A stretch of DNA of 64,000 nucleotides from Rhodosorus marinus CCMP1338 (lineage: Eukaryota > Plantae > Rhodophyta): assembly GCA_029953675.1 (NCBI GenBank), contig JAMWBK010000004.1, forward strand, positions 1,612,001 to 1,676,000, given 5' to 3'. Below, piece by piece: positions 1 through 11,676 of this stretch. The translations under genes were made by a program, and so were the position numbers. How positions within the stretch are numbered: position 1 is the first letter of the stretch; each line of letters starts with the position of its first letter. The notes under the pieces were generated by a model. It saw nothing but the letters and a program-made list of their open reading frames with translations. It was not told the DNA's origin and made no database searches.

Positions 1-377
1 TTCACATGGTTGTAAAGTTTAATTGCATCCTTGGCTTGATCTTCCTCGTCCTTTTGTTTCAACTCTCTCCGCAATGTCCGCCGTTCACCCTCCCACTGAA
101 AGCCCCGCTCTCAAAAGCATAAGTTGTTGGCAGACAGAACGCTGGTTCTCCTTGCGGGCACCACTTGTCGCGATATTGCCACTTCGGCTTTCATGAAAAA
201 AGGTCTTAGTGCGTTTCTCCTCTAGACCCCAAAAAGATCATGTGGTTCGGTACGCCGAGCAACACCTGTTAGATAGGAGCTCCTTTCCGGATAGCGGGTC
301 CTTGGTCCGCTCGATAGAGAAATCATTGCTTTGCCCCTGTACTGAAATAGCGTAATGCTGTTTTCTGCTTTTTCAGG

Positions 378-1602
378 CTACTCTGGCTGTGCGGTAGTCT
401 GCATGCTTCGAACTTTCTCAATGCTCTTTCGAGACGGAAAGAAGCCAATGTTATCAAGCTAAGTTCGGACGCGAACGAACATGGAGACATAACTCAATAC
501 AGTGAAACGAAATTCTCGAAAATTGGGACTGTGAATCTCACCGCTTTGTTCTCCATGCCTTCAAGAACTTTCACGAGGTCAACGACATGTACGGGAGGGG
601 TTTTGGGCATGTCGGGTGTCTTTTCTCTCACGTTCTGCCAGGTCTTATCCAGATCTTCCTTAGAAAAATACAGTGGCACAACAAACTGCTTCCCAAGTCT
701 GATTGTGAGTCCCTCAGCCAGGAAAACAGGGACCTGAGGTACTTGGTCCTTCGGGATGCCGTCCCGTTTCAATATTCTCTCAGCTTCTCGGACCTACAGG
801 GATTGCAGAAGGAAAAGTTGCCGTTAAAAAAGCGTTGTCTGTCCAGATTTTTCGAACGCCTGTATGAAGCATCACAGAGGGCTAGGAGCATACCTCTCTA
901 GTATCGGCATAGAATCTGAACACGACGAGAATCTCCCGGCCACGCTTGTTCATGATCCCTGACGGCAGAGCTTTGCCCTTCGCCTTTTTGTATGCCTCGT
1001 CCATGGTCAAGACATTGATTTCGGCGTTCTTCGTCATGTCTTGGCTCTTTTTCTTCAGTTTGTCCAGGACTTGCTCCGCGTCTTCGTAAGAGAAGAAAAA
1101 CACTGAGGCCTGCTCACCTTCCTGAACGTTGTCCACCTTTTGTATGTTTGTTTCCGAGAGACACGAATTAGCGAATAATCATTCGGCCCTTGTGGAGCTG
1201 GATGTTGGTCCAGGAGCGACTCACCTCTGCCAAAAACGGCCTTCCATCACGATCTGTAATTGCAAAAACCGGAACGTTCCTCAGCTTCTCCAATACGTTA
1301 TTTTTGGTCGGAAGAGAGACCCCGGTTTCCTTAATAACAAACTGAACCTCAGAGTCCGCTGGCAAAACTTGAGCCTTCACATCCTTCACCACCTCAGGCC
1401 TGAACACCATCCCAAGAGCGAAAGCTGCAGCCCCCAACGCCGCTCTCCGTATCGAAACCTTTCCTTCCCCACCCATTCCCATCTCCAACCGGCAAACAGA
1501 AGACGGCGATAGCGAGGACGAAGGGGACGGCAACCCATTCACGAATCGCCGATGCCTCTTCGCATTCAACTTCACAACACTACTCCCAACAAAACAACTC
1601 AT
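378..1602 (-). CDS. TIC22: Tic22 family plastid intermembrane-space protein-import chaperone (multi-exon)
   Basis: Exons give LRNVPVFAITDRDGRPFL / VFFFSYEDAEQVLDKLKK...INVLTMDEAY / VPVFLAEGLTI...VVPLYFSKEDLDKTW / LDNIGFFPSRKSIEKVR*, matching Tic22 motifs. Probable start MSCFVGSS (Ser-rich transit peptide) at 1602; stop TAG at 378-380. Confidence 0.88.
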
Positions 1603-2399
1603 GCTCTCTCGTTCAATAATCGAAACCAAAATCCAACCAAAAGTACAGATCAAAACCTCAAAAACAGGATCCTCTTCAACCACAAGAGCGCACCGCCCCC
1701 GCCCCCTCCCCCCCCCAAAAAAATGCAACCCCAAAAAACCTTGCCCCGTAGTACTTCCTTCACTTCTAAACCATCCCTTTCAATACCCTCTCATCACTCC
1801 TTCTCCTCACAGCAGCTGAATTGATACCCGATACCTTTTACCTGTTGTATATCACAACCTTCACTTAGAAAACCCAGAATCCAACAAAGCACTCTCCCAT
1901 AGTCGAGTTCCCCCTCTCAGTAGGCAAATCCAGATCGCCATCTTCTAAGATTTACACATCTCAACCTCCCCCCGGCAGGTACCTCTTTAACCCGCACAAC
2001 GTCAAAAGTGTCTCCCACGGAGAATGGGAAGACGCTCTGACGAAGCGGATGGTACTGAAACGATAATACAAAGAACAGAACTGACCAGACCGCCTTGAAA
2101 AAGCATGTACACTAGAGAGCGAATCGGTGAAATCCAGGCGGTTTGTTTGTTTGTTTTCCAACAGCTAGTTGCTCACAGCAGAAGTCCAAAAAAAAAAAAG
2201 CCTTTTCCAATGTGCCTTGGGACTCACGCGCTGTGGTCTTGCGGAACACGATGTATGTCCGTTGGAAACGGTGACACGAGAAAAAAACAAAAGCCAAAAA
2301 GATCCACAGGTCGATTGAAAAAAGGCTAGAACGGATTTCGAATTGGTGATATCCACGCAGCTGCCACCAGCTGCCCAAAACACATATACATGGCCTCTC

Positions 2400-3400
2400 C
2401 CGCGTTGAGAGAGCTTTGGACTCACTGCACATTGGGAGGTTCAGATGTTGAGTTTTTTTCGAAGATGGCGACTGGACTTAAGAAAAACCTAAGCAGTTTC
2501 AAATCATCCCGTTGGTTTCTTTCAGGTCTCCAATCCCACGGAAAAAATGGCGTTGGAAGGTGCTCAGAACCTCTAGGTTTGCTTTCTTGGACGGCTTTCG
2601 ATCTCGAAAACACACATCTCAGAGTCTCATACAGCCGCCTTAGCAGCTGTCTTGAGAGCGCTGCTTTCCGTTGAAGCCTTGCAAGATCGCGAAGGGGATG
2701 GCATTGACACTATGATCAAACTGTTTGATCGCCAAAAGCCGATCGATGTTGTATGGGCAGATTATGACCTGGCTCATGCTCAGGTAGTCCCGCTTGGTTA
2801 CCCTGGAAAAGCAGTTGTGATTAGGGTATTCCACCCATGGCCAGCCTCACAGACGGGCTGGCTATTGGAACGATGACCCAACCGCTAGATCGGTCGAAGC
2901 TAGTATTGTCTGAGACAGCTCGCGACATGAGCAGCAGCTCTTCCCCTGCAAGTGTTTGGTACGCTGGTGATCGGACGCTCTCGAAGCCCGTCGCACGTAG
3001 AAGCAGGGCTGGGGCTCCTTGACACCAATGCATACGCTAGATCGCTTTGAGGTGGAAAGATAGTCTCAATCCATCGCGTCCGAGCATTTAGAGCGGCAGG
3101 TCACACCAAACTTCCTTCGGGTCCTACGGATCCATTGTTTGCCAGAGAAGTCGGCAAGAATATCTTCTCATCCGATTGTTTAGGAGCTAAGTAATGGTTT
3201 GCCTTCCAGCAAGAACAGCTAGCTCTGCGTCGCGTGGACTCCTTCAGTTGTAATGGGATGACTCAAAATTCATCGAAATCAGATCTTCTACATGAATCCT
3301 TCCGCGTTCTCCAATGCTTTGAGAACGAGAGGTTTTGAACTATTTAGTTGCTTGTTTAGTAACCTCCAGAGAATCATAAATAAATTAAAATCCATAAAAC
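2400..3400 (-). pseudogene. possible decayed PIF/Harbinger transposase relic
   Basis: Stop-riddled fragments (RGRIHVEDL, LPTSLANNGSVGPEGSL, GFNGKQR) loosely recall Harbinger transposases. They lie directly downstream of, and on the same strand as, a Myb/SANT-like ORF. No intact ORF or TIR seen. Confidence 0.22.
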
Positions 3401-3680
3401 AGTCGGGACCGAGCCAATTCAGGCTTAAGAGTCGCCAGTCCGAATAAATGGAACCCTAGCGCTGCACGCGCCAGGAGTGGAAACCGTTGAATCCTACACT
3501 AAGTCCTTCCATGACTACTGATTTCGGCCGTTGACCATGAAACAGAGTGTTCCCGTAGCACGTTTCAGGTGTGACAATGATATTACAACGCATGGGGATC
3601 CTTCGTCAACCCCGGCGGTACATCTCAGCATGTCCGGCTGAAGGGGAAGCCGCAGTAATTACCCGTCCGTGGATCGGCGC

Positions 3681-4625
3681 CTACTCATGCATTCTCTCAC
3701 CTACTGCCTTTGGGACAGTCATTTGAAGAATTCTGACCATGCTTTCCATCAGGTCCATTCTCTTTTCCTCTCCCTTTCGGATTTCAGCACGCTCAGCTGC
3801 CTCGATGTTGATACGGTCCCTCTCAAGAGTGAGCTGCTTTTCTCGTAGAAGTCGCTCCTTCTCGCGTTCTCTGCGGTCTAGCTGTCTCTCCTTCAGCTCC
3901 TCCTTTCTGCTCTGTTCCTCCCTCAGCAAGCGCTCCTTTTCCCACGCGATTCTAGTCTCCTCTAGGCGGTTCAGGTGAGCAATATACAGAGCTTCTGTGT
4001 GCTCCGAAGAACCTCTCCCGGCGCGATCCTTTTTTCTGGGACGATCCTCAAATGAATCCTCCTCTGAACCAGAGGATCTTTTCATACCCTGTCCGCGGGG
4101 GTCTTCCGCATCGGGCGTGTGCTGTCCGAATCCCCTCAAGGATGCGTCCCCCTTGCCCCGCTTCGATTCCCTTATGAGATCACAAACGGAGGCAAGAAGC
4201 TTCTCTTTGATCTCAAACTCCTCATCTGTTCCGAGTCTTCTCAAACCTTGAGGTTCTTTCCTATACATTTTCATCAAGAAGGAGTATCGATCTCGCGCAC
4301 CACGATCATCCACCAGGATCTCCGTTTCCACAAGTTTCTCGGCGATGTTCTTCCATGCTTCCCGCATCCTCCCATACTCCTTTGCGAAAGGTCGCTCCAC
4401 AAGAATCAACCTGAGGAGTACTATGTCCGCCTTCGCGTTAAATACAAACCGTCTCTTCCGCGCTGTATTTCGCTTGGCAGCTGCTCCATTGTACACTTCT
4501 ATATCTTCGTCACTTCCCCTATCACCATTCCCGCCGGTCCTTTCCCGGTTCCGATCATCCACGCTCAGTCCATTCCCAACTTCTACCGCCTCGCCGAGCT
4601 CCTCGACCTCAATCATCCTTTCCAT
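3681..4625 (-). CDS. Myb/SANT(trihelix)-like protein with C-terminal Glu/Arg coiled coil, of the type carried by PIF/Harbinger transposons
   Basis: Intronless 314-aa ORF: RRFVF..ADIVLLRLILVERPF..YGRMREAWKNIAEKL...VDDRGARDRYSFLMKMY...GTDEEFEIKEKLL, then a charged coiled coil. Confidence 0.6.
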   Translation of the reverse strand: MERMIEVEELGEAVEVGNGLSVDDRNRERTGGNGDRGSDEDIEVYNGAAAKRNTARKRRFVFNAKADIVLLRLILVERPFAKEYGRMREAWKNIAEKLVETEILVDDRGARDRYSFLMKMYRKEPQGLRRLGTDEEFEIKEKLLASVCDLIRESKRGKGDASLRGFGQHTPDAEDPRGQGMKRSSGSEEDSFEDRPRKKDRAGRGSSEHTEALYIAHLNRLEETRIAWEKERLLREEQSRKEELKERQLDRREREKERLLREKQLTLERDRINIEAAERAEIRKGEEKRMDLMESMVRILQMTVPKAVGERMHE

Positions 4626-7600
4626 TTAGAACAGGAGAGAAGAAAACTCCTCAAGCCTATACAAAAACTCCACTCAACCTCCGAGACAAGCGAGACAAGC
4701 AGGGCGAATCATCTTCCCCCACTCCAAACAGGTATCCACTCCAGGTATCCACTCAGATCGGGTAGTGATAGAAACTCTATGTGCTTCCCACGCAGTGCAG
4801 AACCAGAGCACAATAACAATAATAATAACAGTCTTCCCACTCTCAACCGGGCACTGCTCTACATCAATTCCTGATCATTTGTCAAAGTGACCAAATCAGC
4901 CTTCTTCCCGAGTCATCTTCCTCTCTCCCCCGCTCCCACCCCCCAGTCGGGTCAATGTACAACCGAGAGGTCCACACACACATACCACACACACCCCGAC
5001 ACACACACCCAGCTCCTTCTATTACATCCTCAATCCATTCCCAGACTATATAGTCACCGTCACAACCGCGCAATGACTGGAGCACACTATTTCCCCCCCT
5101 TCTCCCTTCCCAAAGCAAAAACATAACAACCCAAAACCCCAAAAAATAATAGTTTACCATTACCCCTCTCCCCCTCTGCCTACCCACCACCAGAAAACTC
5201 TGCCGCACATACATGCCTTTCTCGTTATTCCTCCCCCCTTCCTTCCGTTCAAGTTTTCCTGCTCTATCTAACGTAACCCCCTTCACATTGTAACCATTTC
5301 AATCAGCATTCATGCTATTATTTTCATATTTTCAAGATACGTCTACTTAGAAAAGATTTATATTAGGGGTAGAAGATAATCCAAGGTTGAGAAAAATGCG
5401 GTCAATTGGCGATGCTGAGTTTGCCCCATCCCCCCCCCTCCCCCTCCACTCATTATATTACCCGCCCATTTTGTCGGATTGTGAATGGTCGTGAAACGCC
5501 AAAGATTCTCAATCTAATTTCTTTTTTTTACAGGATATATTTTTTTTCTCGACCTTTTCAGTACCCCCCCCCCTCCCCCCCTTTTTCCGATCACTCCAAG
5601 TCGCGGCGGATGGATGTCGTCGTTCTAGACCCTCCAAAAATAGCTATTTTTCATATGGACAAATGGACGAATGCTTGTCTTAAAAAAAAAAAACGAATCC
5701 GGTGAAAAGTCCGTAATATTTTAAACTAGACGATTTCGAGTTCTTCTAATCTAAATTAAATTTAATAACCCCAAAATGGCGAATGTAAGGTATATACAAT
5801 AAAACTTGATGGAGGGAAAACATAGGACATCCTTTGACTAGGGGTGAGAAGGAGTTTGGGTTTATATATGTAAGTAATAAAAAAGAATAAATAGGAGAAA
5901 ACCAAGGGAAATCATGAGGGGGCTATATCTGGTTTGAAACGAGTATAGTGGAGTGATTGAAAATACACCGATTCGGTACATATATGGTTTTTACTGAACG
6001 TAGATTTTTATATTATGGATAGAAAATACTATAGGTAGCAGGCTGAATTTTTTTTGTTATTGCTTCTGTGCAGACTTGCTTCTGAACGTGTGGGCGTCGG
6101 CGAGCTTGGTCAAGTTTCAATAGGATTCTAGTAGGTGGCGTTGGACTGAAGAAGAAGTCTGTGCGGGGCTTGGCTTCGGGACAGCTTTCATTCTCGCCAT
6201 GAGACTCATTCGCGTTTCCGCTTCTCGTTGAGCTTTATCTCGGTGGCATGCTAACGCCTCTAGCGCGGTGCGGCGTCGGTTTTAGAGGCCCCCACTCTCC
6301 CGGGCTTGGCTTCTCAGGGTTTCTGTTTTTTTTTTATCCCAGAGTAAACGGTGCCGAGGAAGGAGGATTGGCAATGCGAAAGACTGGGCTTTCGTGCCAA
6401 GGCGAGCTAGAGAGCCAACAGCGGTTGATTTTTGAGAAAAACCAACGATGTCGGTTGACTTCCAATCGGAAAGGTTGAGACCATCTTGAGAGAGAGCGGT
6501 CCGAGTCCGCGATCGAGCTGAAACGGACAGCTTTTGTGTTTTCTTTGAAATCTTTTCCGTTGTGGGAAGAGGTCTGCGGAGGTTTACGTGCAGGCAGGCA
6601 CTGGCTTTTCGTCATGGTTGGCTTGGCTCGGGAAGCCTGGTCGCAGTTTTCTTTCCTCTAGCCCCAAGTGCTCTTCCAGGAGATATAGCTTTGTCACGAT
6701 CAGATTTTCCGATGTGGTCATGCTCGCCAATCCGAAAGTGCATCGGAAGGTCTGGGCTGGTGCTCGAACTCGCGGTTGAGTATAAACGCTGTTTTCGGGA
6801 AATGGCATCTTCCAAACCTCTGTTTCTGATCGATGAGATCGGAGAACCTCCTCCAGGTGCTGCAGATGGAGATCTCCTTATCGTAGTTCCGTTAAGAGAG
6901 GCCTTTGGTCGTATACTGCTAACGCAGCCTGTCCGTTAGGGCGCTAGGTGTCCGATACGGCATCACGATCATGGGTACCCTTTGGGTTTCATTCTAGATC
7001 ATGTAGTAACACGACCGGTGCTGAACTTTGACGACCTACATCGCACCTTGCTTGAGAGCACCTCAGATTAATTCTGCTCAAGTGATAGGTTGTGTTGGTT
7101 AGAGAACTTCGACCTAGCTGAAACGTTCCGCACAGTGGTCGGGATCCGGATCTTTTGGTGCGAGAACAGAGATACTGTCCAGCACGATCAATATTATTCT
7201 GTGCGGGCACGGAAAGGCACCAAGTGGGCACTCCAACCGCAACGAATTTTAATTTGGGAATCTACCCCCCAATATAACAGTAGCGGTCTTATCCCTAGGC
7301 CATCCATTTGGCTTTCCTAAACCGGGGGCTTTTGATAACACACAAACTGTCATGAACCCAAGTTCCAACCCTTTCCCGTTTCAGGTCAGTCACGGTGTCG
7401 TTATATTAGGGCAGAGCAAAGAAGCTCGGTGTATCCATCTCAACTCCGAGAGTTTCAAGAAGCCGCATTTCGTAGAAGAAACAGCCAAATCTCTCCTTTT
7501 TAAGCCCAGTGGTCGTTTGGCTGCGCAAGCGGATTCAGACATTGCGAGTTGAGGACCAGAGGAAAGAAGAACGAGGGATTCAATCCAGTGGAAAGTTGAG

Positions 7601-8072
7601 CTACGACTACAAAAACAGGACCAGTGTACGGATTCCTCAACAGGACCAAAGCATGTCAACCTCACTTTCTACAAGAGGGGGACACAAAAGTCTTCCTCGA
7701 GGAATCGCTTAATGCCCAGCATTCGCTCTGCGCGAAAGCTTGGGAGTTCACACCTCTACAAATCCTCAGCTCAGTTGAGGAATTGTCTCAGGAGTAAATC
7801 TCTTCCAAGTCCTCCGTTCGATTTGGGGTTTGTGAGAGTGCATGTTTCGTCGTCGTCATCCACCTTTTTAGCCATAGCTCTCTCCGTCAAGAACATTGAA
7901 GAACGTCGAGCGCGGTCGGGAGGGCATAGAGAAATATGGACTAAACAATGCAGTCCGTTCAAAACGCCTCTGGCTTGACATCGAGACCAATCTAAGGTCT
8001 GCTTGGTGCGGAAAGCACCTCTGGGTGGTGTTCTAAAGGGGCTTGGACCAGCTCGATCTTTCCTGAATATAG

Positions 8073-9416
8073 TTGCCAAGCGGTTCAGGACTCTCCGGCC
8101 GCTTTGACGATTTCAAGAAGGAAAACATGCAAGGCGGACCGGCTCGAGCTGTGAAGTCAGCTGCTATTCCGGGAATCAAGGTGATCGGAGCGCAAACAAC
8201 AACCAAGCTGGAGATTTTCCTCTTCTCGTTGAGGTGGTCCTCAGAAGCTCTCACCTTTAGCTAATCTGTTATCGACGGTTCCCTTTTCGACACAGCACAT
8301 CGTGGCGGTTGCCTCTGGGAAGGGCGGGGTTGGCAAATCCACGACGGCGGTGAATCTGGCCGTATCCTTGACGAAGCTCGGCAGGAAGGTAGGACTGTTG
8401 GATGCAGATATCTACGGGCCATCAGTTCCGAAGATGCTTGGCATTAGTGGTACGATTTTCACACGCTCGTAGGAATGCAAAATGCCTCCAAAATGCCCCT
8501 TCTTGTGTTGACTAGGAGTCGGATCTCCTGTTTCCATCCGAAAACCACTTCATAAGGAAAACCTTCGATGAACCCGGAGGGAAAGATCACGCCCCTTAGA
8601 AACCACGGAGTCTACGGCATGTCCATTGGGCTTCTGATCTCCAATCCAGAGAACTCGGCGATTGTCTGGAGAGGCCCGATGGTCATGAGTGCACTTCAGC
8701 AACTTTTGTACCAAGTGGATTGGGGAGAGAAAGACTTTCTCATTGTCGATATGCCCCCCGGAACGGGCGATGCACAGCTGACTCTTACTCAGAGAGTACC
8801 TCTATCCGGTAGCCTGCGTTCGATCTCGAACTATGGAACCCCGCTCGACTTTTCTGATCGTTTTTGCTTTTGGGACCAGGCGCGGTTATTGTTTCCACAC
8901 CTCAGGACATTGCTCTTATGGATGCGAGACGCGGTGTGAATATGTTCCAGAAAGTCCACGTGCCAATCCTTGGCCTTGTAGAGAACATGAGCTTCTTCCA
9001 GTGCCCAAACTGCCAGCACCGGTCCCACATCTTCGGCACTGATGGGGTTCAAGAGGCAGCGAAAGAGATCGGTGTTGATGTGATTGGGAAGGTGAGCTTA
9101 TATAGTTCAATAGGATCCTCCGATGTGAGCCAACAAGTCTCCTAACAGAATGTCCACCCTCCTCATCTTCTAAAAAGGTCCCAATCGAAATCAGTATCAG
9201 AAAGTGCTCGGACGAGGGAACACCGGTAACGGCCTCGGAACCGGATAGCTCGGAGGTAAAACCACGCGTGCTCCCATGTAACTGCAGAGCTTCCAAAGAT
9301 TGTCTGATAACGTTTGTAACTCCTGGTAGGCATCAGAATATTTAAGGATCGCCAAGGCAGTGGACCAGAAGGTCAGTGAGAAGAAAACGGCTATGCCTAG
9401 CGTGTTCATGGATTAG
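8073..9416 (+). CDS. IND1: Mrp/NBP35-family Fe-S scaffold ATPase, Ind1/NUBPL-like (mitochondrial); 5' end uncertain
   Basis: Spliced: [22 protein letters not shown] (deviant Walker A), [53 protein letters not shown] (CxxC), ending EYLRIAKAV...PSVFMD* at 9416. No HCF101 accessory domains or Nbp35 N-terminal Cys cluster seen. Confidence 0.85.
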
Positions 9417-9756
9417 TTGCCATCCGCTCCATTGTCAACCGGATCGGCAGGCATGCGCCAAGGACCGATGGGGTCTATGACATCACGCGCATCTTGTAAG
9501 ACGTCTCTGATCGACTGGATAGAAAGCTTATCTCGTCTATTCGGAGCATGCGCGGTGAGGCTCGCAGCGTCCTTTTGCCGGTACATGGGCTACGCGGTGT
9601 CGGGACACGAGCTGCTGGTCAACTTTATACAACGTTTTTACTCACCATCATCAATATACTTTGGCGTCCAGGCGTCCAAGCATCAACAAACCACGAAACC
9701 GGGCATGTTGCCATATCCTCCGCGCTGAGCTGTATGCAGCTGTACGCGGGGCGCCA

Positions 9757-10152
9757 TTAGGAGTGTTTTTGATCCACAAATGTAACTGGAGTCCATCGGT
9801 AAAGCTCCCCAACCACCGTTTGCCTATCCAACATTTCACTGTTTTTCTGAGCGTCCTCGAATAGAAACTTCAACTTGTCCTCGCTCGTCTCCTCCCTAAG
9901 CACAGAATATCAACGAAAAGAAGGCGTCGTTTCTCCTTCTCAGCAAAAAAAAAATTGTCCAAAACGAACATAAAAAAAAAAGGAACAAAACGGACAGGAT
10001 CAACGCGTGAACTGGATCTATCCTCACCGTGCTTCTCGAAACCTTTCCTTCACCCTCCTACGCGCCAACATCCGAAAGTTGTAATCCGAGAACCTGTTTC
10101 CTTTCCTCAACATAGATCGGTACAAAGCTAGTACCTGACTCTTACTCCTCAT
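9757..10152 (-). CDS. ISD11: LYR-motif protein Isd11/LYRM4 (Nfs1 cysteine desulfurase partner); 2 exons 10152-10028 and 9895-9757
   Basis: In-frame splice gives an 87-aa product: MRSKSQVLALYRSMLRKGNRFSDYNFRMLARRRVKERFREAREETSEDKLKFLFEDAQKNSEMLDRQTVVGELYRW. LYR, YNFR and RQ-V--LY motifs are diagnostic. Confidence 0.88.
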
Positions 10153-11676
10153 TGTTTCTGAAACCTGTCCCCCTGCAGAAAACGAAAGCGGAGCTCCAGA
10201 TCTTCCCCCCGATCCTATCCAGTTCACCGTACCACTACCGCCTCCGTCCCCAACTGCAAAGACAGAGAAGAAGATTAATCCTCACCTGAGGCAGCCTGAA
10301 CCTCTCTAGACAGACAAGGAGGACTGAGCCGTCTACTTCAAAAAGCAGATTACCTTGCACTTGAGCTCAGCGCTTAATCAGTTTTCACCGTCTTGCAACG
10401 CCGCCATACTCTTTTTCTGCAACGCAATGTGGCATGCGCTGATCGGCGATGAGGTCTTCCAAGTCCCTATGGCTCTTATGGCTCTAGGAGACATCACACA
10501 TGAGACCGATCTGGACTTTGTCTGGGTTGTCAGATTGAAACCTGCATGTTTGGCAGGTCGAAGATCTGGACTTGCCTTGTTTTTTATCCCTGCATCTAGT
10601 AGTTCACGAGTATTGTTGGCACCCGCCGTGAATGCATTCCATTCAGAGCGGTGGTGACTCCGGGCCATATGGCCGAGAGACGGTCGTCGTGCTATCGGAT
10701 GATCCCTCTCCACAAACGTGAGCTCGCTGTTCATTCCGCTGCTCAGTGGACCAAACGTGTTACCAGAGTGAGGAAATGATATTAGGTTAGCTTGCTATAT
10801 ACGTAGTCGAAAGCATGTCATCAAGAAATGCATTCCTAAGGAGCAACGAACGGGAGACAATCACAGCACGATCTGATCCTCGGCAAGATCTTTTTGGAGC
10901 TCTGGGGGTTCCCTCGCTCCGCCGCATCTTGAGAAACCGAAGAGGGAAGATTCTCATGCCTGAGTGAAACGACGTAGTGGTTTAGCCTGGAGTTACGTTA
11001 GGGTGTTCAGAAGCATAGCGTCAAGAAACGCGCTCGTCATTCATTTCAGAGCGTAGCCACCCACAGAAGAGTGAATGAAGTGGGTTGATGAGGCGCGTCC
11101 AACAATTGGGCAGCATTTCAAAACACGCCAGACTACCAAAGACAGCTCGGTGAGGCGGCTATCAGGACGAGCTGGGTTGCTCTGAAAGATGCCACGAGTC
11201 CAGGGGAGAAGCTGGCATTCCTGTCATCCAACTAAGTTGCCTCCATTGCCCATCACACTAGTGCAGGCAGACAGTGACCATCGCTGACGTGACGCCTCAA
11301 ACTACTTTGTAGAGTATCGGTGGTACCACCAACCAGTCACAGTGACGCTTTGCTATTGCTATCGCGCGTTTCGAGAGCTTCGAGAGTATCTGACCATAGC
11401 GCCACTGAGGAAAAGCCTCTGACATACGTGATCAGATTCTCCATCAAGAAGGCCGATCATGAAACGGATTCCACACCACTGCGCTCGTACTGTAAGGCAG
11501 AGGGATGGATCCTGCTTAGTATCGGAGCTTGTAGAGAGAGGGGGCATGCAAACGATGAAGAAGATGATCGTTCACGCTACGTACTTGAGAACGCTTGAGT
11601 TCGGACACTTTCTCCTCTTTCTGTTCATGTCTTGGTGAGAACACTTCTGTAGCTGATGAAGACGATTTGACATGCG

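Noticed and set aside
1-200. possible minus-strand exon (RRTLRRELKQKDEEDQAKDAIKLYNHV) running off the window
   Set aside because: Too short and truncated to assign.
4119-4874. 251-aa plus-strand ORF and other ORFs overlapping the Myb/SANT gene
   Set aside because: Antisense shadows of a real ORF, with no motifs.
6100-8070. many short ORFs with moderate GC
   Set aside because: No recognisable motif or splice-consistent product; possibly old transposon debris.
10240-11600. short ORFs between ISD11 and APC4
   Set aside because: No family signature could be identified.
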